DNA of 64,000 nucleotides from Octopus vulgaris (GCA_951406725.2 OX597833.1:66402001-66466000); one strand, 5' to 3'. Counted from the stretch's first letter, positions 27,111 through 41,422 are shown. Notes: generated from the letters alone by a model not told the origin. Numbers and translations are program-made.

Positions 27111-27559
27111 AGGATGATCGCCGCGTCGGTGATGGTGATGGCGATGACGAAGACGACGACGACGAAAACGACGAGGAGGGAGGGGGGCGAGGGCGGCCGG
27201 CGACAATAAAGACGATTAACTATGGCGACCCCAAAAAAAAGTGACGATGATGACGACGAAGTCGATAACTACGACAACAACAGCAACAAAAACAACAACA
27301 ACAACGACGACGATGATGACATTGACGAAGTGGGCGTAGATGGAGACAATAAGAAAAAAAACAAACAAAAAAATGCAAAACCCCACAAGAGAAAAAGCAG
27401 TGAAAATCCCCAAGTCCACGAGCGCTGCAACTCCAATTTCATGGATGGTTTCCAATAAGTCTGCGATCGACGATGTTTTCCACAGAAGCAATTCCGATTC
27501 TTGCCAAATATTCAATAACACACTCCTAGGACTTCTATTCTCTTCTTCTGCCTCAAAGT

Positions 27560-27630
<71 letters not shown>

Positions 27631-27872
27631 CATTCTTCAGGTAGATGAAGAATTTGATGGAGAAAAAACACTAAAAACAAGGAAATTGATTTTGTGCCAA
27701 AAAATTAGCGAAACACTTTCTACATTCTAAAAGGAAATAATTTATACATACATTCATACATACATAGCGATGCGCTCGCTCACACACTTCAGTCACACAC
27801 ACACACACACGCACACGCACACACACACACACACACACATTCATGTTGTATATCTCTCTATCTAACTGTCTG

Positions 27873-27931
<59 letters not shown>

Positions 27932-28015
27932 CTGTCATTTTCTCTTTCTTAGCTCTCTCTCTCTCTATATATATATATACATGCATATATATGTATGTGT
28001 GTGTATATGTATAAC

Positions 28016-28094
<79 letters not shown>

Positions 28095-28164
28095 ACGTGT
28101 GTGTATATTATATATGTGTATGTACTGCCATGCCAATAGAAATAAATATAATTGCATATGTATG

Positions 28165-28223
<59 letters not shown>

Positions 28224-28310
28224 ATATATGTATGTAAGTATATATATATTATTATTTATATATATACATACATATATATACATATATATATATATATGTA
28301 TATGTATACA

Positions 28311-28384
<74 letters not shown>

Positions 28385-29039
28385 TGTCTGGATGTTTGGC
28401 AAAAGATTATCAGAGTTGAAAGTATAAATGTGTGGAAGACATCGCAGCAATCAAATCGTATCTTATTTAATCTTATCTCCATGTCCTTAAGTATGAGACT
28501 ATGTGTGCACGCATGAAGTTGTGTATTTGCGAACGTGTATATATGTGTGCATGGGTGTACATGTGTCTTTGTGTGTGTGGCCAAACACACACACACACAC
28601 AAACACATATACGTATATGCATGTGCGTAGGAATATCCACACTAGCGTATATATACATGTGTATATACATACATGTATATATATATATATATGTATGCGT
28701 TATATGAAAGTATGCATCAATATGCATTAATGCTAATTTGTGTGTGATTATATATGTATATATATGCATAGATGTGCACATATATGCATGTAAATATGCA
28801 TCTATATTTCTAGTTTTTTTCTCTTCCTTTTCGCTGCCTACCTACCTGTTTGTGTATCAGCCTCTGCTTGTACACTCCCACGTATATGCATGTATACATG
28901 TATATGTATATATGTATGTATGTATCTATGTATGTAATTATGTAATTATGTACGTATGTATGAGTATGTATTTTTGCATGTATGATTATTTCGGACTCAC
29001 TGAGTATAAGGTTTGTGCCGAGCGATGGAACTGAAAGTG

Positions 29040-29750
29040 TTTTGTGGAGATGTGGTCTGTGCCTTCCGGAACTGTTTGTTGGGCGATGATTGACTTTGTG
29101 AAGCCCAACATATGTTTCGTAATTAAATGCAGGCGAATTACATACTTCACACACAGTCTTCTTATTTTAATTTCAAGATTATTTCACGCTGTATTGCTCA
29201 GCTTCTTCTCTACGATATTGTAATCAAAATGAAAAAATATTTTAATATTAGTCCATAATTAATACATCAGGTGCGATTGCGCTGTTCTTTTCTCTGCAAA
29301 CGGTTACGTCCCAGATGCTTGTGGCTTGTTCGCACCAATCTGCTTTGGTGGGTTCTGTAGTATGATGTTCCAGGGCTTTTATGTATTTGTCTTTATCTTC
29401 CTGCTGCTTTCTTTCATACGCTTGAGAAGTACGTATTCTGCATGTGGTACATTCAATCGTGATGCTCTTATTCATGCGTCAAAATTTCTCTCATAATTAA
29501 AATTGGTTTTATTTTATTTTCATTGTATATTCTTTCTATCAGTTATTCATTAGCTGGGATCTTGCTATTGTTTCTCATGAATATCCGTACATTCGGAAGT
29601 GCGTTCGCATTGACATTGTTTCCAAATTTCTCTTTCTCTCCATAACCATTTGTCTATTGTATGTTGTCCATATTTGTTGACTTCAGTGTGGATGTTTTAC
29701 AGTAAATATCTCTCCACAGTAGTGCATTCGTTGACAAAACGTTCTCTAGT
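29040..29750 (-). pseudogene. Degenerate RLE-type (R4/Dong-like) non-LTR retrotransposon C-terminal region
   Basis: Minus translation ...IWDVTVCREKNSAIAPDVLIMD resembles the W-D...PD-I endonuclease motif; many stops. Confidence 0.45.
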
Positions 29751-29969
29751 AATTTTGCTTTTATTCTGGAATTGTGGGAGAGGATGCTGCTCGATTACAT
29801 GGACTCCAGTGTTCAATTGGTACTTAATTCATTGGCCCCAAAATGATGAAAGCCGACCGTAGCGGAATTTGAAACCAGAAAGTAAAGACGGACGAAATAA
29901 CGCTAAGCACTGGGGTCGATGTAATCGACTGGACCCTTCTCACCAAATCTCAGCCTCTCTTCCTGAAGC

Positions 29970-30100
29970 GGAAAGAATTCTTCTTCTTCTTCGAGCGGTT
30001 CCAAGCAGTGTTGCTTTCTGCAGGTGCTCGACCCTTATTGCAGTTCCTATTTGTTCCACGTACTTCTCGAGATATTTGCTCACTGTTCCTAGGGCTCCGA
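29970..30100 (-). mobile_element. R4/Dong-clade LINE extreme C-terminus, abutting (AAT)n
   Basis: IIGALGTVSKYLEKYVEQIGTAIRVEHLQKATLLGTAR matches the R4/Dong terminal motif IGALG...LQK.ALLGTARILR. Confidence 0.82.
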
Positions 30101-30124
30101 TAATAATAATAATTATTGTTGTTG

Positions 30125-30162
<38 letters not shown>

Positions 30163-30178
30163 ATTATTATCATTATCA

Positions 30179-30245
<67 letters not shown>

Positions 30246-30257
30246 TATTATTATTAC

Positions 30258-30373
<116 letters not shown>

Positions 30374-30374
30374 G

Positions 30375-30555
30375 TGCAACGAGCTGGTAAAATCGTTAGC
30401 ACGCCAGGCAAAATGCTTCGCGGTAATTCGTCCGTCGCTACGTTCTGAGTTCAAATTCCGCCGAGGTCGATTTTGCCTTTCATTCTTTTGAGGTCGATAA
30501 AATAAGTGCCAGTTGAACAGGCCAAAATGGCTGCCCTTGTGGCAAAATTTGAAAC

Positions 30556-30558
<3 letters not shown>
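30375..30558 (+). mobile_element. SINE family B within (ATT)n
   Basis: GAGCTGGTAAAATCGTTAGCACGCC...GAGTTCAAATTCCGCCGAGGTCGA. Confidence 0.8.
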
Positions 30559-30627
<69 letters not shown>

Positions 30628-31292
30628 CCTTATTATTATTATTATTTCCCTTTAATAGAACGCGACGGTCTAGTGGGTGATTGATTATCTGTCTTTAGTG
30701 ATTAATCCTACATTATCGATTCAGTCTATTGCGTCTCACCCCCTCTCTCCCTCTCTCTCCCTCACTCTTCCTCTCTCTCCTTCCTTTATATTATATAACA
30801 TATGATATATGTTGTATGATATAAAATATATAAGTATTATATATATATACACGCACACATGCATACATACACAAACACACACACACACACACACATATAT
30901 ACATATACATATATATATATTATATTCTCCACCAACAAGATCATTGACTCCATCCCTCCTCTCTCTCTTGCTCTCAATCGTTCTCCCTTTGTATCTCTCT
31001 CTCTCTCCCTCTCTCTTTATTTCAAGCACACGGAATTATATTTTTCAAAGACAACCATTTATCTGAGATTAACCACAAAGCTTTTGAACAGTTATAATGA
31101 AGGAGAGAGAGAGAGTGAGAGAGAGCGAGAGCAAGAAAGAGAGTTAGAGAGAGTGAAACAAAGAGGGAGAGAGAGAGAGGATGGGAGGAAAATAGGTAAA
31201 AAGTGAGGGAAGGAAAGGAAAAAGGAGATGGAGTGTTGGACAGCTGTTAAGAGAAAGGCAGGAACAGTAAAAGACCTCTTTCACCATTTATA

Positions 31293-31327
<35 letters not shown>

Positions 31328-31515
31328 TCATACACATGTATAAATTCTACCTTTTACTGGTTTCAGCCATTAGACTGCGGCCATGCTGGAGCACGCTTTT
31401 CAGGAGTTCTTTAAATTCTAGTTCTTATTGTATCGTTTTCTTTTGGCGAACCCCTGGGTTACGTGGACATAAACACACCACCACCGCTGGTGGAGGAACA
31501 GACGCAGATACAAAG

Positions 31516-31552
<37 letters not shown>

Positions 31553-31589
31553 AGTATATATATGTATATATATATGCATATGTATATAC

Positions 31590-31758
31590 GCTACCCACTA
31601 CACATTCTTTATTTTTTCTCCTTGTTTCTTTCTGTGGAAGAGCGTAGGCTCGAAACGTTAAAGACATTTTCATTTCCAGAGCGTTAAACTAATACATCTG
31701 TTTGTTGTCTACACAACCTGTCTTCGACTTTTGTTTTCTTTTGTAAATTTTCCCTATA
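31590..31758 (+). mobile_element. PLE pLTR-like repeat (family H3) with HHR-like motif at 31628-31663
   Basis: CTTT-CTGTGGA-A-GAGC-GTAG-GCTC-GAAAC-GTT-AAAG; ends in TATATA. Confidence 0.75.
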
Positions 31759-32126
31759 TATATATCTGAATAGTTTTCTTGAAAAAGGTTGGTTGTAATA
31801 TATCTGTCACAAACGATTTAACCAAAGTCGGTTTATCGGAAATTTGCTTTAGGCTTCAGAACAGGTAAATACTACTTTGATTGATTATCTGAACTTTAAT
31901 CATAAATCTGATCGATCCAGATCGATCTGGAGGTAAACAATGATGACAATGAAGAATGCAACGGCGACAATAACGATGACAACAACGACGGTGATAATAG
32001 CGATGACAGGGGAAAAAACGACAATAAGGATGAGATAACAACGGCGCGATGACAACGATGACGACAATGATAACGACAACATAGACAGCTTTGAGAATCA
32101 CGTTGATGATAAGATCGATGGAAATT

Positions 32127-32695
32127 TTGGGTTGTCCGGAAAGTCCGTGCCGATTTTTTAAAGGAAACAAAAAAGGTCAATAAATACTTGCCGTTACATT
32201 TTTAATCAACCAAATACAAACCATTTTGTTGCACAATGCGTCCTCCATCTTTCCTTTAACTTGAAAATGCCCTCTTCCCAGAATTGATGTGGTTTCATGG
32301 CAAAGAATTCATTAAGGTATCTTTTTACGTCATCAAACGAATTGAGAATTTTACCATTAAGGCTATTCTGCAGAGACCTGAATAAGTGGAAATCCGAAGG
32401 AGCAATATCTGGTGAATATGGAGGGTGGGGTAATATATCCCAGCCGAGCTGCAGCAATTTTTGTCTGGTTCCCAAAGAATCAAGTGCCGAAAATGAACTT
32501 TCTTATCTTCCATTTTAAAGGGTTACTGAATTAACACAGGTTACAGGAACACAAACCTTCTTCCCCGAAACGATAGCTTAAACATTGCTCTAATTGGAGG
32601 TGTAGTCAAATCCTATTTTATGGATTCAACCATGTTTTAACATAAGTCGAAAGGTAAGCTACTATAAATCGGCAGGAACTTTCCGGACAACCCAA
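32127..32695 (-). mobile_element. Internally deleted mariner element with both TIRs
   Basis: ~30-bp TIRs TTGGGTTGTCCGGAAAG..GCCGATTT at both ends, with TA at 32696-32697. The N-terminus MEDKKVHFRHLILW is fused to the C-terminal GWDILPHPPYSPDIAPSDFHLFRSLQN. Confidence 0.93.
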
Positions 32696-32899
32696 TAACA
32701 ATGATTGCGATTAGATCGACGACAATGAAAACAACGATGAGGAAATCGATGACACCAGTTACGATGAGAACGAATATAACGTCGGCTACGATGATGACAA
32801 CAATGTCGATGGCGACTGTGACGTGCGATGAGGAAAATGATGGGACCAATGACGTGGATGCTGATAACCAGGACGATGACAGGTATGATGATGACATCT

Positions 32900-33585
32900 A
32901 CAACGATGATGACAAACGGTGATGACAAACGATGACGATGACAATGATGACGACTACGACAATGACGATGGTGGCAATGATGATGACGATAACAACAACG
33001 ATGACAAAGATGATGACAACAATGACAACGATGATGATGATGACAACGATAACGGCGACGACAACGACGATGACGATGACAACGACGACGACAACGATGA
33101 TGACAAACGATGACGATGACAATGATGGCGATTACGACAATGAAAACGGTGACGACAACAACGATGACGATGACGGCAATGATAATGACGATGACAGCAA
33201 TAACGACGATGACAACGACGATGACGATGACGATGACAAAGATGATGACAACGATGACGATTATGACAACGATGATGACGATGACAACGATAACGACGAC
33301 GACATCGACGATGACGATGACGATGACGAGGACAGCGATGATGAAAACAATGACGATTATGACAACGATGATCATTATGACAACGACGACGACGACAACG
33401 ATGACGATTATGACAACGATGAAGGCGATGACAACAATAACGACGATGACAACGACGACTACAACGATAATGACAACGATGACGATCATGACAATGATGA
33501 GGACGATGACACGATGAACATTATGACGACAATGACGACGATGACAACGCTGACGGTTATGACAGCGATGACGGCGATGACAATT
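32900..33585. repeat. Degenerate (GAC/GAT/AAC)n trinucleotide tract
   Basis: Directly visible. Confidence 0.9.
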
Positions 33586-34025
33586 CATTAACTATATCGA
33601 TATCAGAATATCATCTAATTAGATTTCGTTTCGTAAAAATATCGGAAAATTTTTCTGTTGGACAACTAACTGACCGAACTCTTTCAAGACATTCTAATTA
33701 GAAAAATAAAAATGCTGCATTCATAGAATTTCCTGTCTCAGACAATTGGTTTCTTGTATTCTTTTATTTACCGTTTCTCTTCTGACTGTTTGTTAATTTT
33801 TTCCCCTCGTTTTCCGATTTTTATTTTTTATAACTGTACGTATTCATTGTTCGACTCATTTGGTTTTTCTTTAAATGTTGTTTTACTATCATCACATCAA
33901 ACGTCAAACTTTTATGTCATCTATCTGTCTATCTGTCAGTCAGTCGTCTGTCTGTCTGTCTATCTATCTATCTGTCTGTCTGTTTGTCTGTCTGTCTATC
34001 TATCTATCTATCTATCCATCTATCC

Positions 34026-34095
<70 letters not shown>

Positions 34096-34189
34096 ATATC
34101 TATCTATCAATAAACTCAAATATACACACACACACCACACATATTTGTATCAAGGGAAATATAGATATACATTTATATATGTATATATT

Positions 34190-34271
<82 letters not shown>

Positions 34272-34778
34272 AATATATATATATATACTTATATATATAT
34301 ATATGTATGGATGTATGTATATGTTTGTATAATGATATAGTCTGTTAGCGATAATATATCATTTAGTTTTATGCTAAACTTATACCAAGGAAAAGTTTAA
34401 AGAAGCAACTTCCGGCAGCTCGTAAAATATATGGATACGTTCTTTCGGCATTGCATTATAGGGTTTATAACTTGTGGAATAAATATTAACGGGATTAAAT
34501 TCGCTACCTCGCTGGTTATCAAGTGAGAAATATATTTTAGAAAGTTAAGTTATCTAAAAATATGACAAATGGAGGAGAAAAAACCAGTATAAGAGAAACT
34601 TCAAAATGGAAATCAGCTTTGAAGCTAAAGAACGGAAAATATTAAAGTATTTGAGATTGCAAAGATTATGAGATCAGGATTGTATATTTGTGGATCAATT
34701 GAAGACGGAAATAGGGAAAATATGATTGCTCGTTGAGGCTTTTGAAAATGTGGCAATTTTCAGTTATGCATAAACAGC

Positions 34779-35222
34779 ATAGGTGCAGGAGTGGCTATAG
34801 GCGCAGGAGTGGCTGTGTGGTAAGTAGCTTGTTTACCAACCACATGGTTCCGGGTTCAGTCCCACTGCGTGGCACCTTGGGCAAGTGTCTTCTACTATAG
34901 CCTCGGGCCGACCAAAGCCTTGTGAGTGGATTTGGTAGACGGAAACTGAAAGAAGCCCGTCCTATATATGTATATATATATTTATGTATGTGCGTGTGTG
35001 TGTGTTTGTGTGTCTGTATTTGTCCCCCTAGCATTACTTGACAACCGATGCTGGTGTGCTTACGTCCCCGTTACTTAGCGGTTCGGCAAAAGAGACCGAT
35101 AGAATAAGTACTGGGCTTACAAAAGAATATGTACCGGGGTCGAGTTGCTCGATTAAAGGCGGTGCTCCAGCATGGCCGCAGTCAAATGACTGAAACAAGT
35201 AAAAGAGATAAAAGTAAAAGAG
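34779..35222 (+). mobile_element. Full-length tRNA-head SINE, family A, with duplicated 5' 18-19 nt
   Basis: A box TGGCTGTGTGGT, B box GGTTCAGTCCC, CCTTGGGCAAGTGTCTT domain, internal TA/TG tract, tail GGCGGTGCTCCAGCATGGCCGCAGTCAAATGACTGAAAC(AAGTAAAAG)n. Confidence 0.92.
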
Positions 35223-35919
35223 CATATTGTGTTCCATTTCCGTGCGTTCTGCATCTTTCGTATATATTTAAAGTTAATGGTGAATTCAACAGCATGTTGT
35301 TTCAAATGGCAGACATATTGGAAAACATAAGCTCCACGATCCCTTGTTTTTCACTCGCTTCTTCTGAGATATCCCCGGGAAATATGAAGATAAGTTCCGT
35401 TGAACTTCCCAAGCTAATGGTGAATTCAACAGCATGTTGTTTCAATGGCGTGCCTTCCAACAAATATTCGTCGTAAATTGAAAGAAATTTTGTATGCCAT
35501 GACCGAATGGAAGTACTTTGAAATATTCGTCGTAAATATGATATAACAAATATTCGTCGTGTCTGCTGTAGCCCACACTAAGAAAAGCACTTGACTTACA
35601 CACCACAATGTGAGTTTTCTCGAAATTTTGCTTAATTGGGGTTGAAATTTGAAAAACTGTACCTGGCACGACCCGATGCATTCTACTCTTAAAAATGCTA
35701 GGTAAATTGTAATTGAAGAAATCCTATATTGTGGATTTCTATAAGAGACAAACATTCGTCGTAAATATGGTATAACATTTATGTTCTGTGAAGAATTCTG
35801 CTTTTGTCTAGACACTACTCCTTAAGACGGCATGCTTTTGCATTTCTCGTTATCCATTCCGTCTTCCTTATTTTAGTTGCTTTACATGCCATTACGTGTT
35901 TCAGATTGGAAATATAATA

Positions 35920-36148
35920 CTCTCTTTTACTCTTTTACTCTTTTACTTGTTTCAGTCATTTGACTGCGGCCATGCTGGAGCACCGCCTTTAGTCGAGCAA
36001 CTCGACACCGGGACTTATTCTTTTTGTAAGCCCAGTACTTATTCTATCGGTCTCTTTTTGCCGAACCGCTATGTGACGGGGACTTAAACACACCAGCATC
36101 GGTTGTCAAGCAATGCTAGGGGAACAAACACAGACACACAAACACAAC

Positions 36149-36232
<84 letters not shown>

Positions 36233-36396
36233 GACAGGCTTCTTTCAGTTTCCGTCTACCAAATCCACTCACAAGGCATTGGTCGGCCCGGGGCTATAGC
36301 AGAAGACACTTGCCCAAGATGCCACGCAGTGGGACTGAACCCGGAACCATGTGCTTGGTTAACAAGCTACTTACCACACAGCCACTCCTGCGCCTA
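35920..36396 (-). mobile_element. Full-length SINE family A
   Basis: Reverse complement of 34797-35222 with an expanded internal (TA)n. Confidence 0.92.
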
Positions 36397-37515
36397 TGTT
36401 AAATTAGCCACTTAGCTTAAGGTTATTTCTATTAAATAATTTGTATGAACTGGTAACTGATGAGGAAACTTGTTAGAATTAAGGCGAAGTTTTATAAACA
36501 ATATTAGACTTTTACGCATATGAGAGAGGTGAATGATCTAGAATCATTTCCGCCCAACCTTTTAGATATGGTTTTCGACATAAATTCCCGTATGGACAAC
36601 AATATCTTCTAAAACATACTAAAATCTGATATTAAGAATGTTAAGAAATGAAATATCCGTATTCTAAAAGATATGCTATACAAAACTATACAACTGTGTA
36701 TAAAAGTTGGATATAATATGCTCCTAGTTTTACCATGAAATGAAAGATCATCGAGAAACGCTTGCCATACAGAAATAGGATAACAACTGTTAGATTAAAG
36801 CTTTTAATAATACGCAAAATATGTAAACATTAGATCAGAAAATCTTTATTAAATATCGCCACTTCGATAAACACAGTCTGAAGCACAAGAAGATGATACA
36901 AATATCCGGCTAAATGGATCAATACGTCGTTATTCATAGGAACAGATACTACACAGTCCGTCGTACAATAGTTTAGAATAATACGCTCTTCGATATTTTC
37001 AACCATTTATGATTCCTTGCCCGTTTGGATCAATATCGTTTAAGTTTTATCATTTTCTTGTTTCAGTCATCAGACTGCGGCCATGTTGGGGCACCGCCTT
37101 GAAGAATTTTGAGTCGAATGAATCGACGCCTGGTACTTATTCCATCGATATTTTTCACCGAGAACCATGTGGTTGAGAAGCCGACATTATGTACCATACA
37201 GCCAGCGTTTGTTCATCTATTTACAACAAAATCCATCCTTTTCCCATCCACCTTAATTGCTACCTCGCTGATTACACTACACTTTATAAATAACACATTC
37301 TTTGATATTTTCAACTTTTAACAGACAAAGAGCAGCTCTGCGGCCTTTTCCCATAACTTTTTCTATGGCCAGACTTTTGAAGATTTCAATTTTCTATAAA
37401 AATTTTTACTGTTTATAATCTCCGACGGCAATAACCAACGCCAAAAATTGAATTTTTGAAGACACTGTACGACTAACTGTGTGATTATTTCAATCTAAAT
37501 AAACAAATAAATAAG

Positions 37516-37616
<101 letters not shown>

Positions 37617-37624
37617 ATATCTAT

Positions 37625-37907
37625 CGATAGGCTGAGTATTTCGTCATCAGAGAGGTAGAAGTTAGGGAGATGTAAAGTCCTCAATTAGTGTATTCCAGTT
37701 TGTTAAGAACGGGGAATGGAACGAAGTAAAATAGGAAAATAGGAGTGTCTGTGTGCTAAGTAGCTTGCTAACCAATCACATGGTTCCGGGTTCAGTCGTA
37801 CTGCGTGACACCTTGGGCAAGTGTTTTCTATTATAACATCGGGCCGACCAACGACTTTTGAGTGGATTTGGTAGCCGGAGACTGAAAGAAGTCCGCCGTA
37901 TATATTA

Positions 37908-38000
<93 letters not shown>

Positions 38001-38212
38001 CAATTGCAGCGTGGAAGGTGTTTGTAAGCCATTTAAGAAACACACAAAAGCCGTTCGATTCACTTCAACATTTAAGTTTAATTTGTCAAAATATTTTCGT
38101 CGCTTTAAGACCGTGACCTGTTCACTGACAAAAATCCGTACTGCAATTGTTTTTGTTTCAGCACACGATCTCAGATCAAATCACTTGTATGCAGGTATAC
38201 CAACCTATATAT

Positions 38213-38274
<62 letters not shown>

Positions 38275-38830
38275 TTATGTATGTGTTTTAGTGTTTGTCC
38301 TCCCAACATTGCATGACAACGCGATAGGCTGAGTATTTCGTCATCAGAGAGGTAGAAGTTAAGGAGTTGTAAAGTCCTCAATCTATGATATTAGTGTATT
38401 GGGGGAATGGAACGAAGTAAAATAGGAAAATAGGAGTGTCTGTGTGCTAAGTAGCTTGCTAACCAATCACATGGTTCCGGGTTCAGTCGTACTGCGTGAC
38501 ACCTTGGGCAAGTGTTTTCTATTATAACCTCGGGCCGACCAACGACTTTTGAGTGGATTTGGTAGCCGGTAACTGAAAGAAGTCCGTCGTATATATTATA
38601 TATACACACACACGTATATATATATACATATTTGCATGTGTGTGTTTTAGTGTGTTTGTCCTCCCAACATCGCTTGACGACGGGATGCTAGTGTGTTTAG
38701 TTCCACGTAACCTAGCGGTTCGACCAAAGAGAGCGATAGAATAAGTACTAGGCTTACAAAAAATAAGTCCTGGGGTCGATTCGTTCAACTGGTGGCGGTG
38801 TTACTGATGCTTTTAGCCGCAGTCAAACCA
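37625..38830 (+). repeat. Local tandem duplication of unique flank plus SINE family A (copies start at 37625 and 38322)
   Basis: CGATAGGCTGAGTATTTCGTCATCAGAGAGG...AGGAGTGTCTGTGTGCTAAG occurs twice with shared private SINE mutations. Confidence 0.88.
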
Positions 38831-38876
38831 CCCCCCCAAGACCCTAGCCACATTCAGATGGCTGATCCCTCTTATG

Positions 38877-38931
<55 letters not shown>

Positions 38932-39148
38932 GTTTGAAAGTTATAGGCGTCAAGAAGACTCAAAGGTGTCAGGTAATGGTGAGTAAGTGCTATGGACAGA
39001 CTATAGTTAAGCTCCAGTTTCGATAATGATATGAATGAGGAGTCCATCGTGGGTCGTGTATTAGCATGCATATATATATAAAAGGTAACAGAATGAGATA
39101 AAAAAATCCTAGGCTGTGAAAGTTTTCAGAACATTTATAAAGAGAAGG

Positions 39149-39195
39149 TCTTTACAGCTGTTTCTGGGATATTTTATATAACCATTCATCAGAGA
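39149..39195 (-). ncRNA. Minimal type I hammerhead ribozyme (slightly degenerate)
   Basis: TCT-CTGATGA-A-TGGTTAT-ATAAA-ATATCCC-A-GAAA-CAGCTG-TA-AAGA. Confidence 0.65.
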
Positions 39196-39395
39196 TGGTG
39201 CAAGAAAACGTTAAGTAATAGTTATAATAGAGAAAATAGAAATACTGAGTGAAGTGGAAGAATGAAAACAGACGTGAGATACGTAAGGATATTGTATCTG
39301 CAGTTCCATATCTCATGTCTGTTTACATTTCTCCACTTCACTCTGTATTTCATATCTTCTCTATAATAACTATTACTTAACGTTTTCTCGCAACG

Positions 39396-39441
39396 TCTCT
39401 GATGAAGGGATGTATAAAATATCCCAGAAACAGCTGTAAGA
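39396..39441 (+). ncRNA. Minimal type I hammerhead ribozyme, GUA cleavage site after 39438
   Basis: Stem I TCT/AGA, core CTGATGA at 39399-39405, stem II GGGATGT/ATATCCC, GAAA at 39427-39430, palindromic stem III CAGCTG. Confidence 0.8.
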
Positions 39442-39518
39442 ACTTCTCTTTATAAATGTTCTGAAAACTATTCAAAGCTTTGGATTTTTTTATTTCATTC
39501 TGTTAATATATACATATA

Positions 39519-39549
<31 letters not shown>

Positions 39550-39736
39550 CTGTGTAAGATGGTGTGGGCATGTTTATTTTCACGCAGTCTGAAGAGGTGT
39601 CGATCGTTTAACTGAGTCTGTATGTCGAGACTACTGTGGCAGAATCTCCTAACAGGATTATATAATTTACAAAATAAATAATAACCACATCGTATATTTA
39701 GTTATCCTTTTGCTTGTTGAATAATAAACCAATATA

Positions 39737-39913
<177 letters not shown>

Positions 39914-40491
39914 GCACATCTATTTCATTATTCTACACACACAGATACACACGTGCACACGCACACATGTATCAGAGCGCAGATACGTGTGTATATGTTG
40001 TGTTAGACACAATATGTTGGTATCGTTACTTTTTTTTTTTATGTAAAGAAAAAAAATATTTCCGCTGTTCTTTGTGTTGTTTTCTTGGAATTCTTCACTT
40101 TAACACTAAAGTTCACTAATGCAACTAATTAACCATAACCAAATTTCCCGGAGACACGGCGTCGCGTCTCAGTTTTTCGGATATTATTCCAAAATGCAAT
40201 TAGTAGCTGTCCGTCACTGCGTCGATAAGTATAAGTACATACATACATACATATATATGCTGCGTGCATACGTATATTTTATTTATGTGCGCGCGCGTGT
40301 TCATGTATGTATATTATACTGAGAATGAGATAGAGAGAGAGAGAGGGAGAGAGGGAGAGAGGGAGAGAAAATCAGAGAGAGAGAGAGAGATTTATGTATA
40401 TTATGAATATATACACATATAGTTGTTAATAAAAAATAATATATATATTATATATGTATATATATATATGTATCTATATATGTATAAATAA

Positions 40492-40557
<66 letters not shown>

Positions 40558-40650
40558 CATATATATATACATACATATATATATAATATATAATATATAT
40601 ATATATATAGAGAGAGAGAAAGAGACAAAACATTGGTGTATGTATTTATG

Positions 40651-40722
<72 letters not shown>

Positions 40723-40751
40723 TATATGTACATATGTATAAGTATAAATGC

Positions 40752-40792
<41 letters not shown>

Positions 40793-41312
40793 AAGAGTGA
40801 GAGGGAGAGAGAGGGAGAGAGAGGGAGAGAGAAATATACGAGTATTACATTGCTTTTTGCAAGTGCGTTTGGTAGGGTGTAAATATGTTCATTTGCACAT
40901 ATATATATATATGTGTGCATGTGTATATGTGTATACACACACACACACACATATATATATATATGTATATATATATTGACCTATACGTATATATACATGC
41001 ATATATGTATATATCTATGCATATGCATATATATATATATATATACATACACACACATATATATATATATGAATATATATATATTTATATATGTGTTATA
41101 TTATATAGCTATACACTATACAATCTTATATGAGCAATCACGAGTAGAAAAATACACAGATCTGTATGAACTTTAATTAACTTATCTCCTTCCATTATCT
41201 GATTATGAACGTCCAAAGTTATGTAGAAAGTGTTCATACTTTTCTATATATACACACACATATACATACATACATACTTACATACATACCTACATATATA
41301 TAAATATATAAA

Positions 41313-41422
<110 letters not shown>

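Larger units (their letters stand above)
38930..39505. mobile_element. PLE-derived element (family H1): inverted pLTR pair 39086-39505 plus probable ORF 5' start on the minus strand
   Basis: ~195-bp arms, each carrying a HHR. Minus MDSSFISLSKLELNYSLSIALTHHYLTPL is homologous to the translation at 62200-62340. Confidence 0.78.

Noticed and set aside
27216-27561. Non-repetitive short ORFs on both strands
   Set aside because: No recognisable domain or convincing splice sites.
36457-36475. CTGATGAGGAAAC as a hammerhead
   Set aside because: No stem II and no pairing stems I or III.
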